NCBI GenBank assembly: GCA_017654855.1
Contig: CM030334.1
Span: 3,224,001-3,288,000 of the forward strand
DNA: 64,000 bases
From: Podospora anserina
Lineage: Eukaryota
Reading direction: 5' to 3'
Below, piece by piece: positions 27,064 through 39,300 of this stretch (positions are counted from its first letter, which is position 1; each line of letters opens with the position of its first letter). The position numbers and the translations under genes are program-made. The notes under the pieces were generated by a model that made no database searches, had not been told where the DNA came from, and was given only the letters and a program-made list of their open reading frames with translations.

Positions 27064-29054
27064 ATGGCCTCTGAGCAGAAGCAGCACCCCAGCCCCAACC
27101 ATTATGACATTGGTAAGCCTCCTCCTTAAGACTCACAGACAAGAAGTAGTAGAGTGAGAAATATCTAACACCCAAGACAGTCATTGTTGGTGCCGGTCCC
27201 GTCGGCCTGATGCTCTCGACCTGCCTGGCGAGATGGGGTTACAAGATCAAGCACATCGACAACAGACCTGAGCCTACCGCCACTGGCCGTGCCGATGGCA
27301 TCCAGCCCCGTTCCCTCGATCTCCTCCGCAACATGGGCCTCAAGTCGGCCATCATGGCCCACAAGCCCGCTCGTGTCTACGAGGTTGCTTTCTGGGACCC
27401 TCCCACCGGCGGCAAGGGCATTGCCCGTACCGGCACCTGGGCCTCTTGCCCCGACTTCATCGACGCCAGATACCCCTTCACCACCCTCCTCCACCAGGGT
27501 CTGATCGAGCGTGCTTTCATCGCCGACCTCGAGAAGAACAACACCACCGTCCAGCGCCCCTGGACCATCACCGGCTTCACCTCTGACGAGCAGGCCGACC
27601 CCGAGTACCCCGTCAGCGTCGAGCTCCAGCACGTCGACGGCACCTTCAAGGAGAGCGTCAAGGCCAAGTACCTCTTCGGCGGCGAGGGCGCCCGCTCCTT
27701 CGTCCGTGACCAGCTCAAGATTGGCATCACCCACAAGGACCCCATCGCCTACGTCTGGGGTGTCATGGACGGTGTCGTCAAGACCGACTTCCCCGACATC
27801 AAGATGAAGTGCACCATCCACTCGGAGCACGGCTCCATCATGGTCATCCCCCGCGAGGACAACATGGTCCGCCTCTACATCCAGATCGCCTCCTCCACCG
27901 ACCCCGACTTCAACCCCCGCAAGACGGCCACCGTCGAGGAGGTCCAGGCCTCGGCCAAGCGCATCCTCCAGCCCTACAGCATCGAGTGGGAGCGCGTCGA
28001 GTGGTACTCTGTCTACCCCATCGGCCAGGGCATTTCCGACAAGTACACCCTCGACCACCGCGTCTTCCTTGGCGGCGACGCCTGCCACACCCACTCCCCC
28101 AAGGCCGGCCAGGGCATGAACACTGCCTTCCTCGACGCCCTCAACCTCGCCTGGAAGATCCACGCCGTCGAGGGCGGCCTCGCCCACAAGTCCATCCTCG
28201 AGACCTACGAGCCCGAGCGCAAGGACGTCGCCGAGACTCTTTTGTCTTTCGACAACAAGTACGCCAAGCTCTTCTCCCAGCGCCCCCCCTCGTCCAACGA
28301 GGTCGCCGCCGCCACGGCCCAGAAGGCCTCCTCCGGCGCCGAGGAAAACGAATTCATCAAGACCTTCAAGGAGTCCTGCTCTTTCACTTCCGGCTACGGC
28401 GTAGCCTACAAGGCCAACCAGCTCAACTGGTCCCCCGAGCACCCGGCCCAATCCCACGTCATCGCCAAGTCTGACGCCCTGGTCCCCGGCCGCCTCTTCA
28501 GGAACGCCGACGTCACCCGCGTCGTCGACGCCAACGTCGTCCATCTGGAGCAGGAGATCCCCCTCAACGGCGCCTTCCGCCTCTTCGTCTTCGCCGGCAA
28601 GCCCTCCGTCACGGGCCAAGCCCTCAAGGACTTCGCCGCCGGCCTCGCCAAGAAGAACAGCTTCTACTCTGCCTACCAGCGCGCCGATATCGACTCTGTC
28701 TCTCACCACGAGAGGCACAACCCCCACTCCAAGTTCTTCACCATCTGCACTGTCTTTGCCGCCAAGAGGAACGAGATTGAGATTAGCCGGGACTTGCCTG
28801 CGCTGCTGGCGAGGTACAAGGACAATGTTTATGCTGATGATCGGTGGTCGAGGAATTTCCCTGACGCGAAGGCGATGGCGCATGCGAAGATGGGGTTGGA
28901 TGAGGAAAGGGGTGGGGTTGTGGTTGTTAGGCCGGATGGGTACACTGGTGTTGTTGTTGCGCTGGAGGAGGGGAGCGCGACGGTGGACGCGCTGAATGCG
29001 TACTTTGGGGCTTTTGCGAGCAAGAAGTTGGGGGAGGCGCAGGCTCAGCTTTGA
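27064..29054 (+). CDS. FAD-dependent phenol 2-monooxygenase-like aromatic hydroxylase
   Basis: Exon 27064-27112, intron 27113-27180 (GTAAGC..CTAAC..CAG). Motifs [12 protein letters not shown] (Rossmann), [52 protein letters not shown], and the C-terminal dimerisation motif VVVRPDGY. Strong codon bias. Confidence 0.95.
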
Positions 29055-29527
29055 CTAGGGAGTAGGTTGTGAAGGAGGGGAAAAGAAAGGGGTAGCCATG
29101 GGAATAAGGAGTTTTTTTACTTTTTTGCTTTTTTTTTTGTTTGTTTTTGGGAATAATGAGGGATCAATCACAACTTGAAAGATTTTGAAAGGGGGATTCT
29201 CTTTTTGAGAGAGGGGGATCTTCTAGGATATTTCGCATTGTATAAATATATATATATATATAGCATCATCTCATGAGTTGTTCTGTTTAGGTTTTTTTTG
29301 GTATATAATTGTTCAAAAACTCTTGTTGTTCGTCTTGAAATGTGATGGGGTTTATAGGTACACACATCAATTTGCTTCCTAACATACACCAGATATATAC
29401 CCCTTTCCTTTTTTCCCCATCCATATTTACCTTGTTGAATACCCACCCCCCGCCCCTTATAAACGCCGCCACTTTCCCACACCCTCGTCATTATGCATAC
29501 AAAACCATCATTACCCCCCTTGGTTCC

Positions 29528-31679
29528 TCACCCGAAAACCAAACTAACCTCCATCTCCCTACAAACAGTCCTCCACAGCTCCTCCCTCTCCTCCTCCTTC
29601 CCCTTTGCCTTCCCCCCTTCCTCCTTGTCCTTCTCCTTCCCCTTCTCCTCCTCATCCACCCGTCTCCAAACCTCACCCACAACCTCCCACGCCCTTCCAA
29701 TATTCCTCATCCCCTGCCTTCGTTCCACCTTCTCAAACGCCTCCCTCGCCAACTCCCTATCCCTCCCCTCCCCCGCCTCACAAGCAGCCACAAACAACGG
29801 CCAAAGCAAAGCCGACATCGGCCCCCTATGCCCAACAGTGGCCACACAATTCTTCAGCGTCAACCTCGTGTGCCTCCTCACAAGCCCATGCCCCCTCCCA
29901 TACCCGAGAATGGTCCGATACAAATAAAGCAAAGAAGCATGCCGGTACGCAAGCGAGTTGTGGTATATGCTCGGGATATTACTCGACTTCCCCCTGCTAG
30001 CCACAACAGGCACCGGGTCCGCTTCTGGATCATCATTCCCCTCCGGAGGCGTAAAGTCAGCAGGCAGCTGCGGCTGCCAGTTGTTCAACGCTGCCTCGAT
30101 CGCCTGTGCCGTGGAGCTGAATTCTGTTCTCAAGACGGCAATCTTTGTCGGGGAGGAGTTGGACGAGATGGCGTGGTCGAGGGAGGATTTGAGGGAGGAG
30201 AGGCCGGAGAGTCGGTGGATGATGGGCCAGAGGGTGGTTGACATGCCGAGTAGAGTGTCAATGTTGCTCAGCGGGGAGGTGGGCGTCGCGCCGATGGGGG
30301 AGAAGGGGAGCAGGCCGCCCGGGGAGGGGGTGGTGCTGATCGGGGAGGTGTTGTTTGACAAAGCAGTGATCACGTCGTAGAACCGAAAGGCTCTCTCGAG
30401 AAAGACGCCTGCCGGGTCGAGCAGGTCGTCGGTGCTGCACATTATTGTCAGGGCGCCCTTTAGGTGGCCGGCTACGATGTTGGAGCGGCCTTTTTGGACG
30501 AGCTAGCATGCAGGGTGTCAGCACTGATCTGGAGGTTCCAAGACGTTGCGGTTGAGCTTACGCATTCATAATACACAAGCAGCATTATGGCCGCCAGAAT
30601 GTCCGTCCTGTTGGCCTTTTCCTTTTGCGCAATCATCTGCGCCACGCCCTGTATGGCCTGGTTGTGAAAGTAAAGAGACTTTTCCGAGTTCTCAATCCCG
30701 CGATACTCGAGGTGGGCGCACGAAAGCGCAAGGATCGAGTTGAGCACCGGTGGGCTCTTGCGTGTGAGCGGGAGTATCAATTGCTGAAACGGATTGCCCG
30801 TCTCCTCGCGAAAGACGATGAGATGTGACAAGACGTTGCAGAAGTGATCGATCAGCGCCCTGCGGTTCGGACGCTCGGTGAACTCGGTAAAGGCGGGGGC
30901 GTGAAACTCTTGAAGCGGCGACGCTACAGAACATGGCGCAATCATGGCCAAGTCAGGAGGCGCCTTCGATGCAGCTCGTGGTGATATCGGCCCGGCGGCA
31001 GGTGAGGCCCCTTCATCGTCAGCGGGGGCATCGGCCTCCGGGCTTCCTCCGTTTGGCGATTCTTGCGGGTCCTCGTTGGGGTAGTCGTCCAAGATGTCGA
31101 TGGGAGGGTACTCGCCGAGGGAGAAATGAGTGTTGAAGATAACAGCTGGCGGCTCCCCGTAACGCGTCAAGTCTTGACCACGGTTCTCGACACCCCAACC
31201 GAGATAACTAGAGTTGTGACTGTAATAGCTGAGTTCAGATAGTCGTCGAGCTCCCGAGTAGTGTTCGGAAGATGTACCCGCTGCCGTGTGCGGCGCAGAT
31301 TCACGTCGTTTTCGCTGTCTTGGTTTCACAGTCCCGTACACACACTCAACACCTTGCTCTGAGCAACGCGAGCAGGTCGGCCGTTTCTCGTCGCACTTCT
31401 TCTTCTGTCAAGGCTATTAGAAACACAGTCTGCCCAAAGACTGTAGGGCAACCAGACAAACCTTTTCTTTGCTGCATTGGAGTCAGAAAAACATATCAAA
31501 CCAAGTAGCAGCTGTGTCAAGCAGGCAATGTGGGAACTCACCAGAATGTACAACCTATATCCCAAACATATCTTGTTAGCTGTCTGATGTGACGGGCAAG
31601 TTATGAATGCATTGTTCTTACCTCCTCTTGACCGCCTCTTGGGTGGCTTTGGAGGCGCCAGTCGCGTGTACAGCAACAT
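29528..31679 (-). CDS. Zn(II)2Cys6 transcription factor with Fungal_trans_2-type domain
   Basis: Exons 31679-31622, 31554-31542 (13 nt), 31471-31462 (10 nt), 31404-30562, 30502-29528 splice to [67 protein letters not shown] and [12 protein letters not shown]. The start codon is the least certain part. Confidence 0.88.
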
Positions 31680-34600
31680 TCTCACACGTTCCTCTCCTGA
31701 ATCCGAGTTGACAGCTTTGGTCGTCGTTTCTTGGTGAGTACAAATAGGCTCCTGTTTATCCCATTGGGCATGGTCTGCAGGAGAAAAGGTAGGCCAGGGC
31801 GTCTAGCCCTCTTCCTTCCTCAGTGGCGCGACGTGGATACGCGGGAAGTGTTGCTGAAGCTCTGGGGCTGAAGAGGTTGGCGTTGGAGTTGAGACGAGGA
31901 CGATATGAGTAGAGAGCGTGATGTGATATGGTCACGTAGTCTGTACGACCAGACCGGGTGGCAACCCCTTTTTCAAGTATCAGAGGTGTGGATAATGGAA
32001 AACAGGAGGTAATAATGTACCAAGAAACTAAGCCCGTTTAAATTGAGCCAAAGGACCGAACGAGCGTGCGCCGGTCAGCTGAACACGCCGGCTCGCACAC
32101 GATGAAGCTCTCTCGGTGTGAAGCTCCGGGCTTGAAGAAGAGAAGCGAGCGCGCAGACTGACAACACCTTCCAAGTGCTCTTTAGCAGGGTGCTGGATAC
32201 CCAAGCGAGGCCTTTCAAATGCCGTCTCGGCAAAGTAGCATTCTGGATGCCAGGCGTTGCACTGGCGATGGCAGTGGAGGAAAACGTGCGGGGTCTGGGG
32301 AACGGCTGACCGGGCCGTTGTTAGGCCATCGCTGGCGCCGCGACTGATCTGGGTCTATCGCCGGCCTGTCAGTGCTTGTTTCTGCCCAGAATATCAAAGT
32401 GGCAATCCTCGCGAACCATCTTGTTTTCCTTTCCCTGGAAGACTTCGAACCAACGTCACTTGTTGTATGTATATGATGAAACCACCATCCCCCAAGGGCA
32501 TGACTTGCGACACTTTGGGGAGGACCGAGGTTTCTTCAGCACAGGGCACAGGGGCATGGGTACATGTACAGAGAGAGCTGAAGCTGAGTTCCTGTCACCT
32601 CATGAACCGGATGTCGTCGGCATGGCCGCATGAACGCATCGGAACTATATTCAAAATTTCCTCAACGGGCCGTCCAGTCTGCTGGGATGGACCCCAGACA
32701 CGCAGTCGACCCAGGAGGCTAAGAAGGAAACAGATGATGATGTCGGGGGCCAGGGCAGAAGAAACATCGGTGTCAACGGATCGCAACGTCTTTCGGCGCC
32801 GCAACCGATGTTAGTGGCTCTGAGGTAGCATACGGCAGTCCGCCACGTCGTATCAAGCCGCCGTCGGTTGTCTTGGGTGCGCAACAATGAGCTCGAGCGC
32901 TCTCAGTGGTCCTCCGCATCTGTCGATGGCCATGGTCATTTACAAGATCTGCCATGGCGTGCAGAAGCGAGGAGGAGCCGGTCATGCCATGCCATTCGTG
33001 AACGGCTCTCTTGATCCAAACATTTGACCACCATTTGCCGTGGGAGGGCCTGCTCCGGGAGAAGGAGAAGCCGATGGTTGCTTACGTGCCCCAAAGGGGG
33101 GGTGGGGGGGCTGACCGCTGTATCAATTCATCGAGATGGCGTTTTCTGTGGCTCGGTGTGTAGCAGAGATGTGACCAAGCAATATGCACTTTTCAGCCCT
33201 GGATGTCTTTCCACAAAGATGTAAGTCGGTGCCTGGCTGCCTGCATTATGAATATCGATTTTTTGAACAGAAAACTGCGTAATGACAGGTTCTTTGACTT
33301 GTTACTTTAGAGATCGAAATAATTGTGTGTGGGTGAGAGGGATGAGTGGATGAGTGATGTGCTGTTTGGCCCGAGCTCTCACTCAGCAAAAGGTCATGTA
33401 AAAGAAACCCCCTCCCATTGGCTCAGAGAAGATCAACAGCTGGCCGTTGGGAATGACGGCTGGCTGCCGACCTGCACAAGGTGCCACGAAATTCCCCGGA
33501 TTCCGCTTCAACCTCATCCTTCCCGGTCAGTCCAAGAGGAGGCTTGCAGACGACTAAACCACACACGCACTCGTGAAACAGAGGCACCAGCCAGCTGTTG
33601 GGATCTTCTGGGATGCGGCACCGCCCCACCAAAAATGCCGTTCAAAGTCAAATAGGAAGGACAGCCTGCTAACGACGAAGCCAAGGTAAAAAAATTACGA
33701 AGGAATATTCCAGATAAGCGCTTACTATCCTCACAGCGTTGCGATATTGTCCACGCCCGCATACCGCCAGTGGAGAACTGCTCGGAGAAGCCGCCTCTTC
33801 TGGTGACCTCGTCGCCAGACCAGCCTCTCCATGACACAAAAGACCTAGGGCCTGCCGAGAAGACTCGGTCAAGTGCCAGGATTTCCAGAGCAGCAGCGGC
33901 AGCCGCCCTCATGCTTCTGGGAGGTCTCGAGGTCTGAAGGCTGGCCATTTATAGGTCCTGTTCATCCGTCGAGGGCATACCGATTACCCCGCCTCGAGCC
34001 TACATGGGCAGCGGGTGTGTTCTGCAGTTGGACCTCACACGGCCCAGCCATGGCGACGGACTATTGGTTGCCTCGTGCTGACCCGGTCGCATCGGCGCAG
34101 TCGTCTTGCGGAATCAGCAGCATATCGCAACCCTACCATTGCAAAAGATGCCACCCCCTTCCCTCTCTCTTCTTCCCTCAAGCTCCCTCGACCCGGATGG
34201 GGGCCGTAGTCGGCCTTACTATCAGGCCAATGGAATCCCCGCGATCAATGGCAAGACGAAAGTTTGCTCGTCGTTGGGGGCACAGGCTCTGTGTTGGGCT
34301 CATGGAAGACGCGGAAGAGAGTGAAAAGAGGGGCTCCTGCGATATCTGCTCGTCGTGTCGCCATCAGATTGAGAGCGATGACCCCCCCTGACACTCATGG
34401 CGATCCTACCCAGAGGTCTGGGCCCATCGTCGTGTCCGCGGCCATTTGCTCTTGGTCCCTTTACATACGAACAAGTTGCAACCCAATAAACACTATCCCG
34501 TCAGACAAGTCAGACAGCAGCAGTCAGCGTGACAAGCAAAGGTTACCTTGAAGTTCCTCGCAGTCTCCTTCTCAGCCCTACTGCATCCCACGTTTTCCCC

Positions 34601-35109
34601 CTCCCCCTGTGAGAGATGTCGTAAACCACCCCCCGGCCCCAAGCTCTAGGTCCCGATAGTGGCGCCCTGCACCTGTCTGTACACTCAGCTCAGCCCCCTC
34701 AAGGAACAAAAGCAGCTGCCTGCCCGATTCCCAATCACATCTAGATCACTCCCAAACACCCCCAACCCAAATCTGAGATTTGGATCGTTTTTTTGCGACA
34801 CGGTGACCAGAACCCTCCGACCAGACGGCGACAAGCGTGCCTTTTGAGACGGCATAATCCTTCTCGAAGACTCGCGTTACACTCACACTGGAAGCACCCT
34901 GACGGCGCCATTTAAATTACCCCGGCCTGAAACCAATTGGTTGAAACATACGGGTCGGCTACACAGCACAGCAAAGCAGCCAGCAGCCAGCAGCCAGCAG
35001 CCAGCAGCAAGCAGCAGTCAGCAGCGGGCCGAAATAACAATCAATTCAAAGACGCCCGGGCCATAGAGTCACAGGGATTGTGAAGGGAAGTAGTTGAAAA
35101 GGCGCCACG

Positions 35110-36972
35110 ATGCGCGGCCAAGGCCTTTGGGAGTGCACCTCTTGTGTGGTGCTGACCTTTTCGGCGCTGCTGGGGCAGGATGTTCTGGTCTCAGCGTCAC
35201 ACATTGGGAGAAACCCACTGCAGCAGATCCAACAATTGCAACAGCAGAGGAGGGATGCCGATGTCGTTCACAGGGTTCCAAAGGCCCAAATCACACCCCC
35301 ACCGGTGGTGCGAGGCGATGTGTTACGGAGGCTGGAGGGTGCGACTTGCGCCACAGAACACCATATGTGCCCCCCGGAGATGAATGGCGGCTGCTGTCCA
35401 GATCGATATGCGTGTGCATTTGACTCGTGTTATGCGACTACGGCTGGGCCCACGACGGCATGTGAGAAGGCAAATTATTTTGCGTGTGCTGATTCTGCAC
35501 GTGAGTAATAAACCGGCGCCAGTGAAGCTCAGGGGGTGTGATGCTAACATGGTATGATAGTTGGGGGATGCTGTCCAGTTGGATATATCTGCGGAGAAAG
35601 AAAATGCGAGCCACCTGCTGACGCCAGCGCTCAAGAGACCAACTGTCCAGCAAGCTACACCTTGTGCCCAGCAAGTGCCAGTTTTGGGTGTTGCAAAGAA
35701 GGCTACGCATGTGCAATCAATGGCTGTTACAAGACCGAACCGTACGGTACGACTGTCGTCCGAACATTTACATCGACTTCCAGCGGATCAGTCCTCCTCA
35801 CGACTGCGACTATCACCAGTACTGCCACACCATCAGCTCCGGCAGGTGTGCCTGCCTCGGAAAATGCCAAGACAGTGGTCAAGTTCATCCCAACCTCGGT
35901 CCCCAAGATTGCGGCGATTCAGCCAACCGAGCCGGCGAGTGGCGGTGGGCTCAGCGGAGGGGCCATCGGTGGTATTGTGGCCGGGATAGTGATCTTGCTT
36001 GTCGTCGTTGTTGCCGCCGCATTCTTCATCATCCGACGTGTGAACAAGGTCCGTGATGAGATCGTCGAGTCAAAGAAGGGGGGATCAGACATGCCAAAGT
36101 CGCATTCCAAAACTGCATCGCAAGTCCATCAGATGGAAGTGGACGGTGGCCAGCTCCACTACAACCCTCCCTATGAAGACGACATTGGTATTGATTCACT
36201 TATACAAAGCAACACCTCTGCAGCTGGCACGCCTGCACCTTTCTACGACCCCAACAGCAACAACCGCGGACGGTCCGAATCCAACCCCGCAGGAGGCTTC
36301 ACACCCTCTCCCAACATGTTCCCCACCTACGATGAACCCAACCGCTCCCGCCATGCCAGTCCGGAGCCCGACCCTGGATGGTTCGACAGTGGCAATGTGC
36401 CCCCAGGCGCAGGTGTTCAGAATAACCAACCCATGAGGCCGGCACCTATCCGGCAAAACAGTGGTTCTCAAGGGGACGCCTACGGCAACTACCAATACAC
36501 GCAGTACACACCTTATTCACACAATCGCAACCAATCCGACGCCTCGGAGCTCTCAGCCGACGGCGGCTCTGACCGCGGTGGTGCTTCTCCTCATATCATC
36601 CCTGAGCTCGCCGCGTCTGGCGGATTTGCTGCGGAACTACCCGGCCAGCACGGAGTGAGGAGCAGGTCAAGCAGCAATACTAGCGCGAGGGGACAATATC
36701 GGAATCATCCTATGCACCACTCCAGACAACGGAGCGACAGCAACATGAGTGATGGGCAACAGGGGGTGCCACAAGGTGGGGCGCAAGGGCTAGGACTGAG
36801 CCCGCTCGACGAAGAGGGAACTGATATACATGGATACTATGGACGAAGAGACCAACAGGCTGGACAAACAGCAGCGGGGCTAGGCGAGGTGGAATGGGAT
36901 ATGAGTAGTCCGGTCGACCCGGGCTATGTTCCAAGACCATACCCCAAGGATCAGCCCGGTGGCGGCAGGTAG
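35110..36972 (+). CDS. Type I membrane protein with Cys-rich (CCP repeat) ectodomain, Ser/Thr stalk, single TM and disordered tail
   Basis: Exons 35110-35500 and 35561-36972; intron GTGAGT..GCTAAC..TAG. Hydrophobic N-terminus, repeated CP..GGCCP..YxC motifs, TM segment GLSGGAIGGIVAGIVILLVVVVAAAFFII followed by RR. Confidence 0.85.
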
Positions 36973-38402
36973 ATTTGTTTCGTGACGCAACAACTGAGAG
37001 GAGGGTGTTTCGTTATTTCTGTTGCTGGAAATGGGCGGTAGGTGGCGGTAAAGGACAGTCGTTTCTGCATATCATACCCGAGTATGGATTCATGGCGTTT
37101 TCGTTGCACTGGGAGTACTGGCGTTTTCGGGTTCCCTTTTCACCTCGGACAAGAACACAACTGGTTATACAAGGCAGGAATGGCAAGGAAAGATATATAC
37201 ACTAGCAGGTTGCTTTTATACCTGCGATGACGTTTTTTTCTGGGTGGCTTGAGTTCAGTCTCACAAGTGCATTATTGCTTTCAAATACCTTCTAGTATAT
37301 ACTATACCTACTTTACCTACTTTACCTTCGTTGACAACAGCCATCACATCTTCCACCTCGAACCCGAATACGACGACGATCAACATACAAATACTACATA
37401 CATGCTATTTTTAACCGGCTGGGTGTTTTTTGTCTCTACGCAGTATTAATGCTTTTCTCCCCCCCGCCCCACAGTTCATGAACTTTTTCGGTAGCGGATA
37501 TGCAACGTTGGTTGCTCTTCCGCCCTGTCAAGATGGATCATACACTATGTAGGTACCTGTATATCTCATTAGCGCGGGGGATTTTGACACGGCTCGCTTG
37601 TTTCTGAAGGTTGGCAGGGCAAGGGGGTGATCGATCAAGTGTGTGCAATTTATCCTGTATAATCCCGCCTCGCTACCCAAAGCTTGATTTTTGCGCGGGA
37701 ATTGAGGACGGCAGTTGAGCCTCTTTGTTTTTTTGCGGACCATAGTAAACTTCACATGTTGTGGTTGTGTGTGTTGAGATGGCTGGGAAGTTGCCAATGT
37801 TGTCAACAACAGATGGTAACAAGGGACATGTGGTAGGTATATGGAAGGAACAGAACGGTTTGGATTTACGGATTGGTCGATACGCATTTCGCATTCATGC
37901 TGGCGTCCGATAGATAGGGGGTCTAGAACGATATGGGCTGTCTACTTGCGATGAAGCCTCGTTCGTCACCGACAATAATATCAGAAAGAGACGAAGTTTA
38001 GACAGACACCAGGTTGAGCAAAAGGGCTCAAATCTGCATCACCACTACCTACACAGACTGCTCGAGATACCTACCTATCCAGCTCACTGTTCATCCGCCT
38101 TACTCACCGTTTCCCCCAGGATTTTGAAACCTGGGCAGACACCATACTCGCAAGCTTCGCCCAGGAAAGCTCTCGGAACCAGGCTCCGAGAAAAACATAC
38201 TGTGGCGTCACTGGGCATACCGGTATTCCTTCACACGCGCTCCCTCCCCACCCTCACCGTCACAGCTACCTACTGCCCGGCCTCCTTCTCTTTTTCTTTT
38301 CGGATGAGTGACAAAAGGTGATAGAAAGTTTTGGTTTTGGTTCCACCTTACCCGCTGCCCTGCCCTGCCCGGCCCGGCCGCCCCTGGCTGCGCAACATTA
38401 GG

Positions 38403-38433
<31 letters not shown>

Positions 38434-39300
38434 TCGGCAAGAGACACCCGAGGACCCCTGGGGGTGGTTGGCCGGATAGTTTTCCGAATGGGATCTTGTT
38501 TTACAGAGTACATACATACATGATTTATTATATCCTGCCGCGACGAGGTTCATACCGGTAGATATAGGGTGTTTGAATATAGGGTCAATCAATACCGGCG
38601 GTTGAAAGGGATTTGTTGATTAGGTAGGTGTGTACAAAAGTCGTCCGGAGGTGGAATTGGGTTAGCTTCGAAAACACCCATCGTGATGCGCTCACTGTAC
38701 ATAGATGGGAGGGGGGCCTTTGCGTGAATGGGGGCCAAGTTGGTTTGGATGGTAGGAACGGGGAAAGTAACTGCGGCGCGGTTTGAAGCTTGGTTTTTTG
38801 GTTGAGTGTGGGTTTGGCTTGGCTTGGCTTGGGTTGGTTTGGAAGGGTGGTCCGTTGTGGTGGTGGTGGTGGTGGGTGAAGCTATCGCGAAAGTACCAAA
38901 ACACAACCAGTCACATTGTTTGATGTGTATTTTGAGATTCAAAATTCCAACCTGTTTTCTTTGTTGATCACGTCCACGTTGCAAGTGAATCGATGATTTT
39001 CTTCTACTATCCTCCCGGACCTCACCGGACGGGAACCATCAACATCAGACCAGGGGCGAGAGAGAGGCACAGCACTCATCGAGATTTGATCTCCCCTTGC
39101 CAGCGGCGGGCATCACCAACACGTACAGTATCCCATGCGGGTGCAAACCCCTGACTTCCATCAAGTGTAATTACCTATCCAAGTCACCAAAAGGCACAAG
39201 CAAAACCCTCCCCGTTCATATACCCATCCCATGCCTCTCCTTAACCCCATCCAACCTCTTTCCCACAACCTCTTTGTCTAGGTGTATAACCCCATCCAAA

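Noticed and set aside
27165-28883. 572-aa antisense ORF opposite the monooxygenase
   Set aside because: Shadow ORF produced by extreme C-ending codon bias on the sense strand; V/G/L/D-rich with no domain
29342-30241. Long + strand ORFs opposite gene 3' ends (also 44146-45033, 50755-51612)
   Set aside because: Antisense shadows of G-rich 3' coding ends, giving P/L/H-rich low-complexity translations
32000-34900. Several 100-185 aa ORFs between the second TF and the membrane protein
   Set aside because: Mostly non-ATG starts, no codon bias or motifs, overlapping on both strands; likely divergent promoter/UTR sequence
38400-38520. ACATAC-flanked ~120-bp segment resembling a dispersed 5S rRNA
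   Set aside because: The flanks are (TACA)n microsatellites in direct orientation, and the 5S internal box sequences are not recognisable
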